Assembly: GCA_964406425.1 (NCBI GenBank)
Contig: CAYORQ010000001.1
Coordinates: forward strand, 1 to 38,033
Direction of reading: 5' to 3'
Source of the DNA: an uncultured Candidatus Saccharibacteria bacterium
GTDB lineage: Bacteria > Patescibacteriota > Saccharimonadia > CAILAD01 > BJGX01
Length of the DNA: 38,033 nucleotides
The notes beneath the pieces are model-generated. The model saw nothing but the letters and a program-made list of their open reading frames with translations, was not told the DNA's origin and searched no databases. The position numbers and the translations under genes were made by a program. Shown piece by piece: positions 26,016 through 36,958 of this stretch (position 1 is the stretch's first letter; every line of letters starts with the position of its first letter).

Positions 26016-28130
26016 CTAGCGGCTTTCGCCGGCTTCGCGCGATGCGGTGTACTTGCCCTTGAGGTCTTCGGCGACATTATTAGGAACCTCAGCATAATGA
26101 TCAAACTGCATGGCATACGATGCTCTACCTTGAGTCATACTCCTTAGGCTAGTGGCATATCCAAACATTTCAGCTAGTGGCACGTAGGCCTTGATGATCT
26201 TGGCGCCAGCGCGGTCTTCCATAGTATCTACCTTGCCTCGCTTGGAATTGATATCACCGATGACATCACCCATGAATTCTTCAGGCGTGGTGACTTCTAT
26301 TTCCATTGTAGGCTCCATAATTACGGGGTCGGCTTTTTTGACACCTTCTTGGAGAGCCATAGAAGCGGCTATTTTGAAGGCAATTTCAGATGAATCGACA
26401 TCATGATAGCTGCCATCGTACAATTTGCAGTGCAAATCAACCACCGGGTAGCCAGCAATTACGCCGTTGCGCATGGCCTCTTTGACGCCGGCCTCAACAG
26501 GAGCGATGTACTCTTTAGGAATCGAGCCTCCAACAATGGCATTTTGAAATTCAAATGTTTTGGTCTTATCGCTGTCTTCGGTATGAACTAGCGGGCTAAG
26601 CTCCAGATAGACATGTCCGTATTGTCCGCGTCCACCTGATTGGCGCACGAATTTATGCTCAACCTGGGTAGTACCTTTGATAGTTTCTCGGAAGGCAACC
26701 TGAGGTCGGCCAACATTGGCTTCGACCTTGAATTCGCGCTTCATTCTATCTACTAATACTTCTAGGTGGAGTTCGCCCATTCCAGCAATAATTGTCTGAC
26801 CAGACTCTTCGTCGGTGCTGACTCGGAAGGTAGGATCCTCCTCGGCCAAACGACCAAGCGCGATGCCCATTTTTTCTTGGTCGGCTTTGGTTTTGGGCTC
26901 AATTGCAATATTAATGACAGGCTCTGGAAATTCGATAGACTCTAAAAGGACTTGGTTGCTTTCATCGCACAGGGTATTGCCGGTGACGGTGTTTTTGAGT
27001 CCGACTGCAGCGGCAATATCGCCAGCATGAACCTCCGAAACTTCTTCGCGGTTATTGGCGTGCATTCTGACGATTCGCCCGATGCGTTCTTTCTCGCCAG
27101 AGCTGACATTATAAACATAGCTACCGGATTTGAGTGTGCCAGTGTAAACGCGGAAAAAGCATAGTTTACCGACAAAAGGGTCGGTGGCTATCTTGAAAGC
27201 CAAGCCAGCAAAAGGAGCTTCGTCGCTAACTTCGATAATTTTTTCATCACCTGTCTTGTTGTCGATAGCTAGAGGGGGTGTTACATCTAGAGGGCTAGGC
27301 AAATAATCGACGATAAGATCTAGCAGTTTTTCTACAATTACGCCTCGGCCATCGCCACCAGCGACTAGGAAAAAGTCACCTCTTAATACAGATTTGCGGA
27401 TAACGCCCTTTATTTCGGCTTCAGTAAGCTCGGTACCTTCTAGGTATTTTTCCATAATATCATCGTCGACTTCAATAGCAGCTTCGATTAGGTGCTGGCG
27501 GTAGTTCTTGGCTTTTTCAATCATATCTTCGGGTATTGGTATTTCTTTTAGCTCCTTGTCGGTATAGTCGTTGTACTGATAAGCTTTCATTTCGATGACA
27601 TCGACAATGCCGTTGATGCCCTGCTCAAAACCAATTGGCAAATGCACTGGGTAGGCGTGCTTGCTGAGGCGTTCATGAATAGAGGCCAGGCTTTTATAGA
27701 AGTCTCCGCCGGTCTGGTTGATTTTATTGATAAAACAAATGCGCGGAACGCCATATTTATCGGCCTGGCGCCAAACAGTCTCGGACTGTGGCTCGACACC
27801 CATTTTGCCGTCGAACATCACGCAGGCTCCGTCGAGTACTCGCAAAGACCGCTCCACTTCGACAGTAAAGTCGATGTGGCCCGGCGTATCGATAATATTA
27901 ATTAGTTTGCCTTTCCAGAAACAAGTCGTAGCGGCCGAGGTAATAGTGATACCGCGTTCGCGTTCTTGCTCCATCCAGTCCATGGTTGCCTCACCATGAT
28001 GAACTTCGCCAATTTTGTGGACAACTCCAGTGCGGTACAAAATACCTTCTGTGACGGTAGTTTTGCCGGCATCGATATGGGCGATGGTGCCAACGTTACG
28101 GATGTTTTCTAATGTGTATTCTCGAGCCAT
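26016..28130 (-). CDS. fusA: Elongation factor G
   Basis: 704 aa. [22 protein letters not shown]; domain IV/V motifs are conserved. Confidence 0.99.
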   Translation of the reverse strand: MAREYTLENIRNVGTIAHIDAGKTTVTEGILYRTGVVHKIGEVHHGEATMDWMEQERERGITITSAATTCFWKGKLINIIDTPGHIDFTVEVERSLRVLDGACVMFDGKMGVEPQSETVWRQADKYGVPRICFINKINQTGGDFYKSLASIHERLSKHAYPVHLPIGFEQGINGIVDVIEMKAYQYNDYTDKELKEIPIPEDMIEKAKNYRQHLIEAAIEVDDDIMEKYLEGTELTEAEIKGVIRKSVLRGDFFLVAGGDGRGVIVEKLLDLIVDYLPSPLDVTPPLAIDNKTGDEKIIEVSDEAPFAGLAFKIATDPFVGKLCFFRVYTGTLKSGSYVYNVSSGEKERIGRIVRMHANNREEVSEVHAGDIAAAVGLKNTVTGNTLCDESNQVLLESIEFPEPVINIAIEPKTKADQEKMGIALGRLAEEDPTFRVSTDEESGQTIIAGMGELHLEVLVDRMKREFKVEANVGRPQVAFRETIKGTTQVEHKFVRQSGGRGQYGHVYLELSPLVHTEDSDKTKTFEFQNAIVGGSIPKEYIAPVEAGVKEAMRNGVIAGYPVVDLHCKLYDGSYHDVDSSEIAFKIAASMALQEGVKKADPVIMEPTMEIEVTTPEEFMGDVIGDINSKRGKVDTMEDRAGAKIIKAYVPLAEMFGYATSLRSMTQGRASYAMQFDHYAEVPNNVAEDLKGKYTASREAGESR

Positions 28131-28197
28131 GATTAAAATAATTTCCTTTCTAAAGATGTAAATAAATAATGCCGAAATTTCGGCTAAGTCGAGTCCT

Positions 28198-28226
28198 ATT
28201 TTACCTTATTTTTAAGGTTATAACAA
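28198..28226 (-). promoter_or_regulatory. Candidate promoter for fusA
   Basis: Minus strand: TTGTTA (28226..28221), 17-nt spacer, TAAAAT (28203..28198). The region is very AT-rich, so chance matches are likely. Confidence 0.35.
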
Positions 28227-28424
28227 GAGTTAATAGATTTTAAAAGATTTTACAAGAATCATTCCGCCACACGCTTGCTTGAGTCAAAATGAATCTATAT
28301 AGTTAAATGTATTACGAGAACATCGTGTGCCAAAAAGTGAGTGAGGAGGGTGGCTCATTTTTTCGATTATAATCATTATTTTAGATACCACATAAAGGTA
28401 TCGGTTCTGACCACTAAAACTAAT

Positions 28425-28459
28425 AAAAAAGCTCGAATATTTGATTTCGAGCTTTTTTT
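28425..28459 (-). terminator. Intrinsic terminator after rpsG (perfectly symmetric, looks bidirectional)
   Basis: AAAAAA-GCTCGAA-atatttga-TTCGAGC-TTTTTTT. 7-bp perfect stem extendable through the A/T runs; about 60 nt downstream of the rpsG stop. Confidence 0.75.
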
Positions 28460-28517
28460 ATATTTTATCAATTTATATTTTAAAGATTGTCATGTCGTGG
28501 ATTATGATCCTGCTGGC

Positions 28518-28994
28518 TTAGTAGCGGGCAAAGTGGGCAAAGGCTTTATTAGCTTCGGCCATTTGGTGAGTGTCTTGCTTTTTCTTGACGGCGTCACCTT
28601 CGTTATTGTAGGCGGCAACTAGCTCGGCAGCTAGCTTCTTATCGAAGCTCTTGCCTTTTTTGTTGCGGGCCGAGTCGAGCATCCAGACCATCGCATAATG
28701 TACCTTGCGGTCGCCCTTAACTTCGATTGGAACCTGATAATTGGCTCCGCCGATACGCTTGGATTTGACCTGAACCTGGGGGCTAACATTCTTAATGGCT
28801 GCTTCGAATACTTCTAGTGGCTCTTTTTTGGTTTTCTCGCCGGCTTGCTCAAGAGCCTTATAAACTAGGTTTTCGGCTAGGCGCTTTTTGCCGTCATGCA
28901 TAACTTTGTTGATCATCTTGGTAACCAAAACGCTATCATAAACTCGATCAGCTGGCAGAACTCTTTTTAAAGATTTGGTAACTTTTCTTGGCAT
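28518..28994 (-). CDS. rpsG: 30S ribosomal protein S7
   Basis: MPRKVTKSLKRVLPADRVYDSVLVTKMINKVMHDGKKRLAE...ANKAFAHFARY. Confidence 0.98.
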   Translation of the reverse strand: MPRKVTKSLKRVLPADRVYDSVLVTKMINKVMHDGKKRLAENLVYKALEQAGEKTKKEPLEVFEAAIKNVSPQVQVKSKRIGGANYQVPIEVKGDRKVHYAMVWMLDSARNKKGKSFDKKLAAELVAAYNNEGDAVKKKQDTHQMAEANKAFAHFARY

Positions 28995-28997
28995 CGG

Positions 28998-29423
<426 letters not shown>

Positions 29424-29464
29424 AATTTGTAACTTCAATACTCTACCAGATAAGACTTACCTGG

Positions 29465-32400
29465 TCAAGCTTTTCCCCCTTCTTCGTTTCTAAAGCCAGT
29501 TCCGACCGGAATTAGCCGTCCGATAATCACATTTTCCTTGAGGCCTCGCAGGTGGTCAGACTTGCCTCTAATTGCTGCACCGATTAAAACTCTAGTCGTT
29601 TCTTGGAAAGATGCGGCCGATAGCCAGCTGTCTGCGCCTGTGGAAATCTTTGTAATTGGCATCAAAAGCAGCTCATAAGTGGCCGGCTTTTTGCCTTTAG
29701 CGATAGCTTTTTGGTTTTCAATAGTCAGTGAAGGCTTAGAGATTACATCGCCAGATATAAAGTCGGTATCACCTGGCTCTTCGATTTGGACCCTACTAAA
29801 CATCTGCTTGATTATCACCTCAATGTGTTTAGCAGCGATGGTCTGGCCTTGGCTTAAATAAATGGCCTGTACTTCATCGATGACATAGCGTTGTACTGCT
29901 TCTTCGCTACGCAGTTTGAGCATGTCTTGAAGATTGATAGGTCCTTCGGTCAGTCTTTGGCCGACCTCAACACTATCGCCATTTTTGAGCTGCACTTCGA
30001 CATACTCACCAATGGTAAATTCGCGGAGTCCGGCTCCTAGGTGGGTAAGTGCGATTTTGTCTTTGGTTACCTTGACTTCACCTGATCCGCCGGCCTTAAT
30101 AGTTCGTTTGCCATCCTTGCTCTGGGCAAGTACCTGACTACGCTCTACCATATCGCCCGTTTTTACTACTGGCTTCATGGCGCCAAGCTTGTAATCCGTA
30201 ATTTTTTGATCATTAGGGATGATTATTAGGGTTTGCTTGTTGCCGTTTTTACGGATCTGAAGAGTACCTTCGACATCGGCTAGGATTGCCTGACCCTTGG
30301 GGTTTCGGGCTTCAAAAATCTCCTCGACTCTTGGAAGACCCTGGGTAATGTCTTCGGTAGCGGCACCACCAGCGTGCATGGTACGCATAGTTAGCTGAGT
30401 ACCAGGCTCACCAATGCTTTGGGCAGCAATAATTCCAACTGCCTCACCTTGCTTAACTGGCTTACCAGTACCAAGGTCTAGGCCGTAACATTTTTCGCAA
30501 ATACCCCATAAGCTTCGGCACTTTAAGATTGATCTAATATTGACCTGGGGAATATCTGTTTCGTTAATTTCTTTGGCTTCATCGTCTAACATCAGGGCGT
30601 TTTTCTTAACAATGACTTTTTTGGTCTTAGGGTTGACGATTTTTTCGTTGGCGGTTCTTCCCACCAACCATGCACCAATTCCTTCTTCGCCAGCGGCTTC
30701 GGCTTCGGCTCGATTGACGATATAGCCTTCTTTGTCGCCACAGTCTAGCTCTGATATCACAATGTCTTGACTAACATCGACCAGCCTTCGAGTCAGATAG
30801 CCAGATTCGGCAGTTCGAAGCGCTGTGTCGGTAAGACCCTTACGAGCTCCGTGAGTACTAATAAAGTATTCTAGGACGGTCAGTCCGTCTTTGTAGTTGG
30901 ATCGGATTGGTAGCTCAATAGTTCGGCCCGACGGATTAAGCATCAGTCCAAGCATTCCGGCCATCTGGTTAACCTGCGCCATAGTAGCACGAGCACCAGA
31001 GTCGATATCGAGAGTTAGTGTAGATTCACTGCTAGCCAGAGTCTCTACCAGTGCGCTTTCGACTCCTTCGCCAACTTCTTTCCAAGCGGCAATTGTTTTG
31101 TGGTAGCGTTCGTCTTCAGTAATCAAACCTTGGTTGTACTGACTTGCAAATCCGACCACTTTCTTTTCGCCTTCGGCGATTATGTCGGTTCGGCTTTGAG
31201 GTACAACTAGGTCGTCCATACCAATTGAAATACCCGAAACTGTTGCATATTGAAATCCGAGGTCTTTGACTGCATCTGAGAGTAGTGCGGTATCGTTGAC
31301 TCCAAAACGAACAAATACTTCGGCCATTACTTTTTTGAGCTTGGACTTAGTCATTGGGTCGTTCTGGAAGTCCATTCCTTCTGGCAAAACTTCGTTAAAT
31401 AGTAGTCTTCCTGGGGAAGTTTCGATTATCTCGCCGTTTATTCTAACCTTGATTCCGGCCCGCAAATCGACTGCCTCAACTTGATGCGCCATAATGGCTG
31501 CGTCAGAACTTTCAAAAATCTTACCTTCGCCCTTGCTGCCTGGTTTGATTGATGTCATGAAATAACATCCAAGCACGATGTCTTTACTAGGGTTTACTAC
31601 TGGCTCGCCAGATGATGGCTTAAGCAAGTTGTGTCGAGATAGCATAATGTTCTTTGCTTCGGCCTGGGCAGCTTCGCCGAGTGGTACGTGAACGGCCATT
31701 TGGTCTCCGTCGAAATCAGCGTTAAAGGCAGCGCAAACCATTGGGTGCAATTGAATTGCCTTACCTTCGATTAGGATAGGCTTAAAGGCCTGGATTCCGA
31801 GTCGGTGGAGTGTTGGTGCGCGGTTTAAAAGCACGTACTTGTCTGTAATCACTTCGTCTAGGGTATCCCAGACTTCAGATCGAGATCGTTCAATCATACG
31901 AGTGGCACTCTTAACATTGTGGGCAAAACCGAGTGCAATAAGGCGGCCCGTGACGAATGGCTTAAATAGCTCTAGAGCCATCATCTTTGGGATACCACAT
32001 TGATCTAGCTTGAGATGTGGACCAATAACAATAACCGAACGGCCAGAATAGTCGACGCGCTTACCAAGTAGGTTTTGGCGAAATCGTCCTTGCTTACCTT
32101 TGAGTAGGTCGGTAAGGCTCTTGAGCTTTTTACGGCTTCCGGTAGCAGATACGGCTCTGTCGCGGCGGGCGTTGTTATCGATTAGGGCATCGACTGCTTC
32201 TTGAAGCATGCGTTTTTCGTTACGGCAAATAACTTCTGGGGCCTGAAGCCTATAAAGCTTTTTAAGACGGTTATTACGATTAATGACCCTGCGATATAGA
32301 TCATTTAGGTCAGATGCTGCAAAGCGTCCGCCGTCGAGCTGTACCATTGGTCGAAGGTCTGGAGGAATAACAGGTAGCTGGCTAGTAATTAGCCACTCTG

Positions 32401-33256
32401 GTCGCAAGCCGGCCTGAAGCATACCTTCGACAAGTTTGAGTCTTTTGAGGGCTTTTTTCTTTTTTTGGCCGATGTTTTGTTCTGATTCCAATCTTAGTGC
32501 TTTGATTAGTTTTTTGAGATCAACTTCTTTGAGTAGCTGCAAGATAGCCTCGGCACCAATGCCAGCTTTGAAGATATGGCCAAACTTTTGGCTCAGTTCA
32601 CGGTAGCGGCCTTCAGGCAAAAGCTCATATTTGGCAAGGCCATTAAGGTCTACCTTAGCGGTATTGTAGGAGTTGTCTAGCTCGGCTAGCTCGTTTATGG
32701 CCTCGTCGCTCAAAACATCTTTTTCTGCATTCTTTATTTTGTGCCTAACCAAAATAGCCTTGCGGCGTGACTTGAAGTCGACTTCGAGCTCCTTAATAGC
32801 TTCTTGTTTGGCTTTTTCGTCGACATCAGTAACTATAAAGTTGGCGAAATAAACTACGCGCTCGAGGTCGCGTACGCCCATATTGAGTGTCAGGCTAATT
32901 GGGCTTGGTGTACCACGCAAGAACCAAATGTGCGTAACTGGTACGGCGAGTGTGATGTGGCCCATTCTTTCGCGTCTGACGATGCTGCGGGTAACTAAAA
33001 CACCACATTTATCACAGGTGATTCCCTTGTAGCGAATGCCTTTATATTTGCCACAGTAACACTGCCAATCCTTGGATGGTCCAAAGATTTTTTCGCAAAA
33101 TAGTCCGTCTTTTTCTGGTTTTTGAGTGCGGTAGTTAATAGTTTCAGGCTTAGTTACTTCACCGTGCGACCAATCAAGGATTGTCTCGGGGGAAGCTACC
33201 GATAGTCGGATTGAGTCAAAGTCTAGTATCGTTTGTTCGTTTGCAGTGCTATTCAT
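29465..33256 (-). CDS. rpoC: DNA-directed RNA polymerase beta-prime subunit
   Basis: 1263 aa. Zn-finger CYCGKYKGIRYKGITCDKCGV; catalytic NADFDGDQMAVH. Confidence 0.99.
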   Translation of the reverse strand: MNSTANEQTILDFDSIRLSVASPETILDWSHGEVTKPETINYRTQKPEKDGLFCEKIFGPSKDWQCYCGKYKGIRYKGITCDKCGVLVTRSIVRRERMGHITLAVPVTHIWFLRGTPSPISLTLNMGVRDLERVVYFANFIVTDVDEKAKQEAIKELEVDFKSRRKAILVRHKIKNAEKDVLSDEAINELAELDNSYNTAKVDLNGLAKYELLPEGRYRELSQKFGHIFKAGIGAEAILQLLKEVDLKKLIKALRLESEQNIGQKKKKALKRLKLVEGMLQAGLRPEWLITSQLPVIPPDLRPMVQLDGGRFAASDLNDLYRRVINRNNRLKKLYRLQAPEVICRNEKRMLQEAVDALIDNNARRDRAVSATGSRKKLKSLTDLLKGKQGRFRQNLLGKRVDYSGRSVIVIGPHLKLDQCGIPKMMALELFKPFVTGRLIALGFAHNVKSATRMIERSRSEVWDTLDEVITDKYVLLNRAPTLHRLGIQAFKPILIEGKAIQLHPMVCAAFNADFDGDQMAVHVPLGEAAQAEAKNIMLSRHNLLKPSSGEPVVNPSKDIVLGCYFMTSIKPGSKGEGKIFESSDAAIMAHQVEAVDLRAGIKVRINGEIIETSPGRLLFNEVLPEGMDFQNDPMTKSKLKKVMAEVFVRFGVNDTALLSDAVKDLGFQYATVSGISIGMDDLVVPQSRTDIIAEGEKKVVGFASQYNQGLITEDERYHKTIAAWKEVGEGVESALVETLASSESTLTLDIDSGARATMAQVNQMAGMLGLMLNPSGRTIELPIRSNYKDGLTVLEYFISTHGARKGLTDTALRTAESGYLTRRLVDVSQDIVISELDCGDKEGYIVNRAEAEAAGEEGIGAWLVGRTANEKIVNPKTKKVIVKKNALMLDDEAKEINETDIPQVNIRSILKCRSLWGICEKCYGLDLGTGKPVKQGEAVGIIAAQSIGEPGTQLTMRTMHAGGAATEDITQGLPRVEEIFEARNPKGQAILADVEGTLQIRKNGNKQTLIIIPNDQKITDYKLGAMKPVVKTGDMVERSQVLAQSKDGKRTIKAGGSGEVKVTKDKIALTHLGAGLREFTIGEYVEVQLKNGDSVEVGQRLTEGPINLQDMLKLRSEEAVQRYVIDEVQAIYLSQGQTIAAKHIEVIIKQMFSRVQIEEPGDTDFISGDVISKPSLTIENQKAIAKGKKPATYELLLMPITKISTGADSWLSAASFQETTRVLIGAAIRGKSDHLRGLKENVIIGRLIPVGTGFRNEEGGKA

Positions 33257-33260
33257 CGGT

Positions 33261-36200
33261 CTATCCTTTCTTATCTGTTAACTTAGTGTCTTTTTTAGCC
33301 AAGGCTTGGAAGTCGTCTTCGGCACCGTCAGAGCCGAGATTTACGATTGCTTCACCTTCAGCAGCCTGCTCGCCTTCCAGTAAAATATTGGTACCGAGCT
33401 CGTTGGCTTCTACTTCTAGGTTTTTCTCTAGCAAATCTTCAGCGTCGATAACTTGAGATAGCTTGGGCTTTTCGAGCTCCACTGCCAGCCCTAAGCTTTG
33501 CAATTCCTTGACCAACACATTAAACGATTCGGGTATTCTTGGTCCGAGTATTTCTTCGTTTTTGATGATCGATTCATAGGCCTTACTGCGACCGATTACA
33601 TCATCGGACTTGATAGTTAAGATTTCTTGTAAAATATTGGCAGCTCCGTAAGCTTCTAGGGCCCAGACTTCCATTTCGCCGAATCTTTGGCCTCCCATTT
33701 GAGCCTTACCACCTAGTGGCTGTTGAGTAACCATAGCGTATGGTCCAGTCGATCGGGCGTGGATCTTGTCGTCTACCATGTGATGGAGTTTTAACATGTA
33801 CTTGTAACCAATAGTTGTGGTTTCGGAAAATGGCTCGCCAGTGTAACCATGATATAGCTGCGCCTTGCCATCTTCTGGCAGACCGGCTTTTTTGAGTTCG
33901 GCCTTGATTTGATCAAGTTTGACTCCGTCAAAAACTGGTGAAGCTACTTTATAGCCGAGTGCCTGAGCAGCCCAGCCCAAGTGGGTCTCAAGAATTTGAC
34001 CAATGTTCATACGGGCGCCTACACCTAGTGGGTTTAGAATAATATCAACGGGAGTTCCGTCTTCAAGGTAAGGCATATCTTCGATAGGCATGATTTTACT
34101 AATTACGCCCTTGTTGCCGTGTCGACCAGCCATTTTGTCTCCGACTGATATCTTCCTAAGCTGAGCGACTGATACATATATCTGACTTATTACGCCAGCT
34201 GGCAGATCGTCGCCAGCCTCGCGACTAAGAATCTTAACTTCAACTACCTTGCCGGTAGTGCCGTTTGGTAATCGTAAGCTAGTGTCTTTGACGTCGCGGG
34301 CTTTCTCGCCAAATATTGCTCTTAGTAGGCGCTCTTCACTAGAGAGATCTGTCTCGCCTTTAGGGGTGATCTTGCCTACCAAAATATGGCCAGCTTCAAC
34401 TTCGGCACCAATTCGGATGATTCCTTCGTCGTCTAGGTCTTTCAGGCTATCTTCTGAAACATTGGGGATATCGCGGGTCACTACTTCGGCACCTAGTTTG
34501 GTGTCGCGGACATCTGTCTGGTGGGTCTCGATATGAATCGAGGTGTATCGATCGTCATGCACAAGCCTCTGAGACAAAATGATAGCATCCTCAAAATTAA
34601 GGCCCTCAAATGGCATGAAAGCAACTAAGACGTTCTGCCCAAGAGCAAGCTCGCCGTCCTTGGTACTCATACCGTCTGCCAAAATATCGCCTCTTTTAAT
34701 CTTTTGTCCAGATGAAACAAGAGTCTTTTGGTGGACTGAAGAACCAGTGTTGGATCTAACAAAATTAATTAGTTTGTAAGACTTTTTGCCGGCCTTTTTG
34801 TACTTAATAGTTATTTCGTGGGCGTCAGCCGAGATTACTTCACCGTCTTCTTGGGCAATTATAACCTGCCCGGAGTCTTCTGCTACGCGAGCCTCGACAC
34901 CGGTTCCAACAATTGGGGCTTCTGGTCGAATCAGAGCCACGGCCTGACGTTGCATGTTTGCACCCATCAAAGCTCTTTTGGCATTATCGTGTTCCAAAAA
35001 CGGGATTAGGGCAGCTGATACACCAACAACCTGGTTGGAGCTAATATCCATATAATCGACATTATTAGCGTCCTCTTCGTCGGCTTCACCACCGACACCT
35101 CTAACAGGTACACGAGACTGGATAAAATATCCATTGTCGTCGGTGGGGGTTTTTGCTTGAGCAATTACGGCCTTTTCTTCGTCTGAGGCATCTAGGTAGA
35201 CTATCTCTGAAGTAGCGCGAGCTTTAATTCGAACCGATTCGTTGCCGGCTTTTTCAAGCGCTTTGGCAATAGTGGCTGTAATTTTATCGCCCTCTTTTAG
35301 GATTACTTTGCCGTCTTTAGACTTAACTGCCTTAGAGGCTATCTCGCCGACAGCTTTGCTTGTAGGCAACTCATTGATGACCTTAAAATAAGGGGTTTCG
35401 ATAAATCCATACTCGTTAACTTGGGCATAAGTTGCGAGCGTACTAACAAGGCCAATGTTCGGGCCTTCAGGAGTTTCGACTGGGCAGATACGGCCATAGT
35501 GAGTTCGGTGCACATCTCGCACCTCAAAGCCAGCGCGTTCTCGGCTTAGTCCGCCTGGGCCCATGGCGTTGAGGCGTCTTTTGTGAACAATCTCAGCGAG
35601 TGGGTTGATTTGATCCATGAACTGACTCAATTGATGACTAGCAAAAAATTCTTTAACACTAGCTACAATTGGGCGAACATTAATCAGCTGGCCAGGTATG
35701 ATTGCATCTGGTTCAGCAAGGCTCATGCGGTCTTTTACGATTCGTTCCATTCTCAGTAGTCCAACTCGGAAACGGTTCTGCATAAGCTCACCGACCATGT
35801 TGAGTCGTCGGTTGCCAAGGTGATCGATGTCTTCCGATGGCATATTGCTGTTACTAAGCTTAATGACTTCACTAATAATTGCCACAAGGTCTTCCTTGCG
35901 CAAAACTCGACCTTCTTGGTCGTTTTTGACATTAACTCCAAGTCGCTTGTTGAGTTTATAGCGGCCGACTTTACTAAGGTCGTACCTCTTGAAATCAAAG
36001 AACATACTATCGATTAGGGCCTTAGAGTTTTCGACGGTTGCTAAATCACCAGGTCGGATTCGTCTATATACCTCCATAAGTGCCTCGGCGGTAGTGCTGG
36101 TAGGGTCTTTTGCTAGAGTCTCGTCGATTAGTTTAACTTCGCCAGTATCAACATTTTTGTAGAGCTCTTTAATTTCGGTATCAGTGCCAAAGCCAAAAGC

Positions 36201-36767
36201 CCGCAACAAAGTAGTGACGGGTAGTTTTCGCTTGCGGTCGATCTTGACGCTCATTACGCCGTTTTGGGCGGTTTCGATTTCTAACCAAGCACCTCGGCTT
36301 GGGATAATTTTGGCCGAGAAATAATCGGCAGAGCCGTCGCGGGTAAAGAATACGCCTGAAGTTCTTTTAAGCTGACTAACCACAACTCGCTCGACGCCAT
36401 TGATGATAAAAGTACCTCGTGCGGTCATGACCGGATAGTCGCCCAAGAATATTTCTTGTACCTTAACTTCGCCGGTTTCTTTGATTAGTAGTTCAATTGT
36501 GGCTTTAAGTGAAGCTTCGTAGCTGAGGTTTTTTTCTTTGGCCACTTCTTCAGAAACTTTTTCTTTATCGAATTTATAGCTTTTGAAGCTGAGTTCGTAC
36601 TTCTTAGCTGTGAAGTCTTCGATTGGCGAGATTTCTTCAAACAATTCTTTAAGGCCTTCTTCAAAGAACCAATTGTAGGAATCCAGCTGAATTTTAATTA
36701 GGTCTGGTAGTGGTAACGGAATGTCCTGGCTATTAAAGTACTTTCTAGGGCTGGCGGAATTTGCCAT
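33261..36767 (-). CDS. rpoB: DNA-directed RNA polymerase beta subunit
   Basis: 1168 aa. Rif-cluster-like SQLSQFMDQINPLAEIVHKRRLNAMGPGGLSRERAG, and GNKGVISKI. Confidence 0.99.
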   Translation of the reverse strand: MANSASPRKYFNSQDIPLPLPDLIKIQLDSYNWFFEEGLKELFEEISPIEDFTAKKYELSFKSYKFDKEKVSEEVAKEKNLSYEASLKATIELLIKETGEVKVQEIFLGDYPVMTARGTFIINGVERVVVSQLKRTSGVFFTRDGSADYFSAKIIPSRGAWLEIETAQNGVMSVKIDRKRKLPVTTLLRAFGFGTDTEIKELYKNVDTGEVKLIDETLAKDPTSTTAEALMEVYRRIRPGDLATVENSKALIDSMFFDFKRYDLSKVGRYKLNKRLGVNVKNDQEGRVLRKEDLVAIISEVIKLSNSNMPSEDIDHLGNRRLNMVGELMQNRFRVGLLRMERIVKDRMSLAEPDAIIPGQLINVRPIVASVKEFFASHQLSQFMDQINPLAEIVHKRRLNAMGPGGLSRERAGFEVRDVHRTHYGRICPVETPEGPNIGLVSTLATYAQVNEYGFIETPYFKVINELPTSKAVGEIASKAVKSKDGKVILKEGDKITATIAKALEKAGNESVRIKARATSEIVYLDASDEEKAVIAQAKTPTDDNGYFIQSRVPVRGVGGEADEEDANNVDYMDISSNQVVGVSAALIPFLEHDNAKRALMGANMQRQAVALIRPEAPIVGTGVEARVAEDSGQVIIAQEDGEVISADAHEITIKYKKAGKKSYKLINFVRSNTGSSVHQKTLVSSGQKIKRGDILADGMSTKDGELALGQNVLVAFMPFEGLNFEDAIILSQRLVHDDRYTSIHIETHQTDVRDTKLGAEVVTRDIPNVSEDSLKDLDDEGIIRIGAEVEAGHILVGKITPKGETDLSSEERLLRAIFGEKARDVKDTSLRLPNGTTGKVVEVKILSREAGDDLPAGVISQIYVSVAQLRKISVGDKMAGRHGNKGVISKIMPIEDMPYLEDGTPVDIILNPLGVGARMNIGQILETHLGWAAQALGYKVASPVFDGVKLDQIKAELKKAGLPEDGKAQLYHGYTGEPFSETTTIGYKYMLKLHHMVDDKIHARSTGPYAMVTQQPLGGKAQMGGQRFGEMEVWALEAYGAANILQEILTIKSDDVIGRSKAYESIIKNEEILGPRIPESFNVLVKELQSLGLAVELEKPKLSQVIDAEDLLEKNLEVEANELGTNILLEGEQAAEGEAIVNLGSDGAEDDFQALAKKDTKLTDKKG

Positions 36768-36838
36768 ATATTTCTAGTGTCTCCTCTTTCATTACTTAGT
36801 TATTGAGTTAAGTTGAAGAAGAGGTTTTTCTAAACCGA

Positions 36839-36880
36839 TAAAAAACCGACAGGTTCCATTATCCCAATGGAATAACCGGT
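36839..36880 (-). promoter_or_regulatory. Terminator/attenuator-like hairpin in the rpoB leader
   Basis: Minus-strand RNA: ACCG-guua-UUCCAUU-gggau-AAUGGAA-ccugu-CGGU-UUUUUA. 7-bp inner stem plus a 4-bp outer stem, followed by a U-run; located between the predicted promoter and the rpoB SD. Confidence 0.3.
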
Positions 36881-36911
36881 ATAAAAGTTTAATCGTCCTC
36901 TATAAAGATAA

Positions 36912-36940
36912 ATATTAGACTAATATTGGTCGTTAGTCAA
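36912..36940 (-). promoter_or_regulatory. Sigma70-like promoter for rpoB-rpoC
   Basis: Minus strand: TTGACT (36940..36935), 17-nt spacer, TAATAT (36917..36912). Starts 19 nt after the clpP stop. Confidence 0.55.
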
Positions 36941-36958
36941 GAGTTTTTAGATGTGAAA

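Noticed and set aside
28284-28376. 30-aa minus-strand small ORF (MIIIEKMSHPPHSLFGTRCSRNTFNYIDSF) in the rpsG-fusA spacer
   Set aside because: It has no SD and no recognisable peptide features, and an ORF of this size is expected by chance in 387 nt. It is kept only as part of the spacer finding.
28341-28622. 93-aa plus-strand ORF spanning the rpsG-fusA spacer and the rpsG 3' end
   Set aside because: It has a GTG start, reads through the bidirectional terminator and runs antisense into rpsG. The composition is AT-rich and low complexity.
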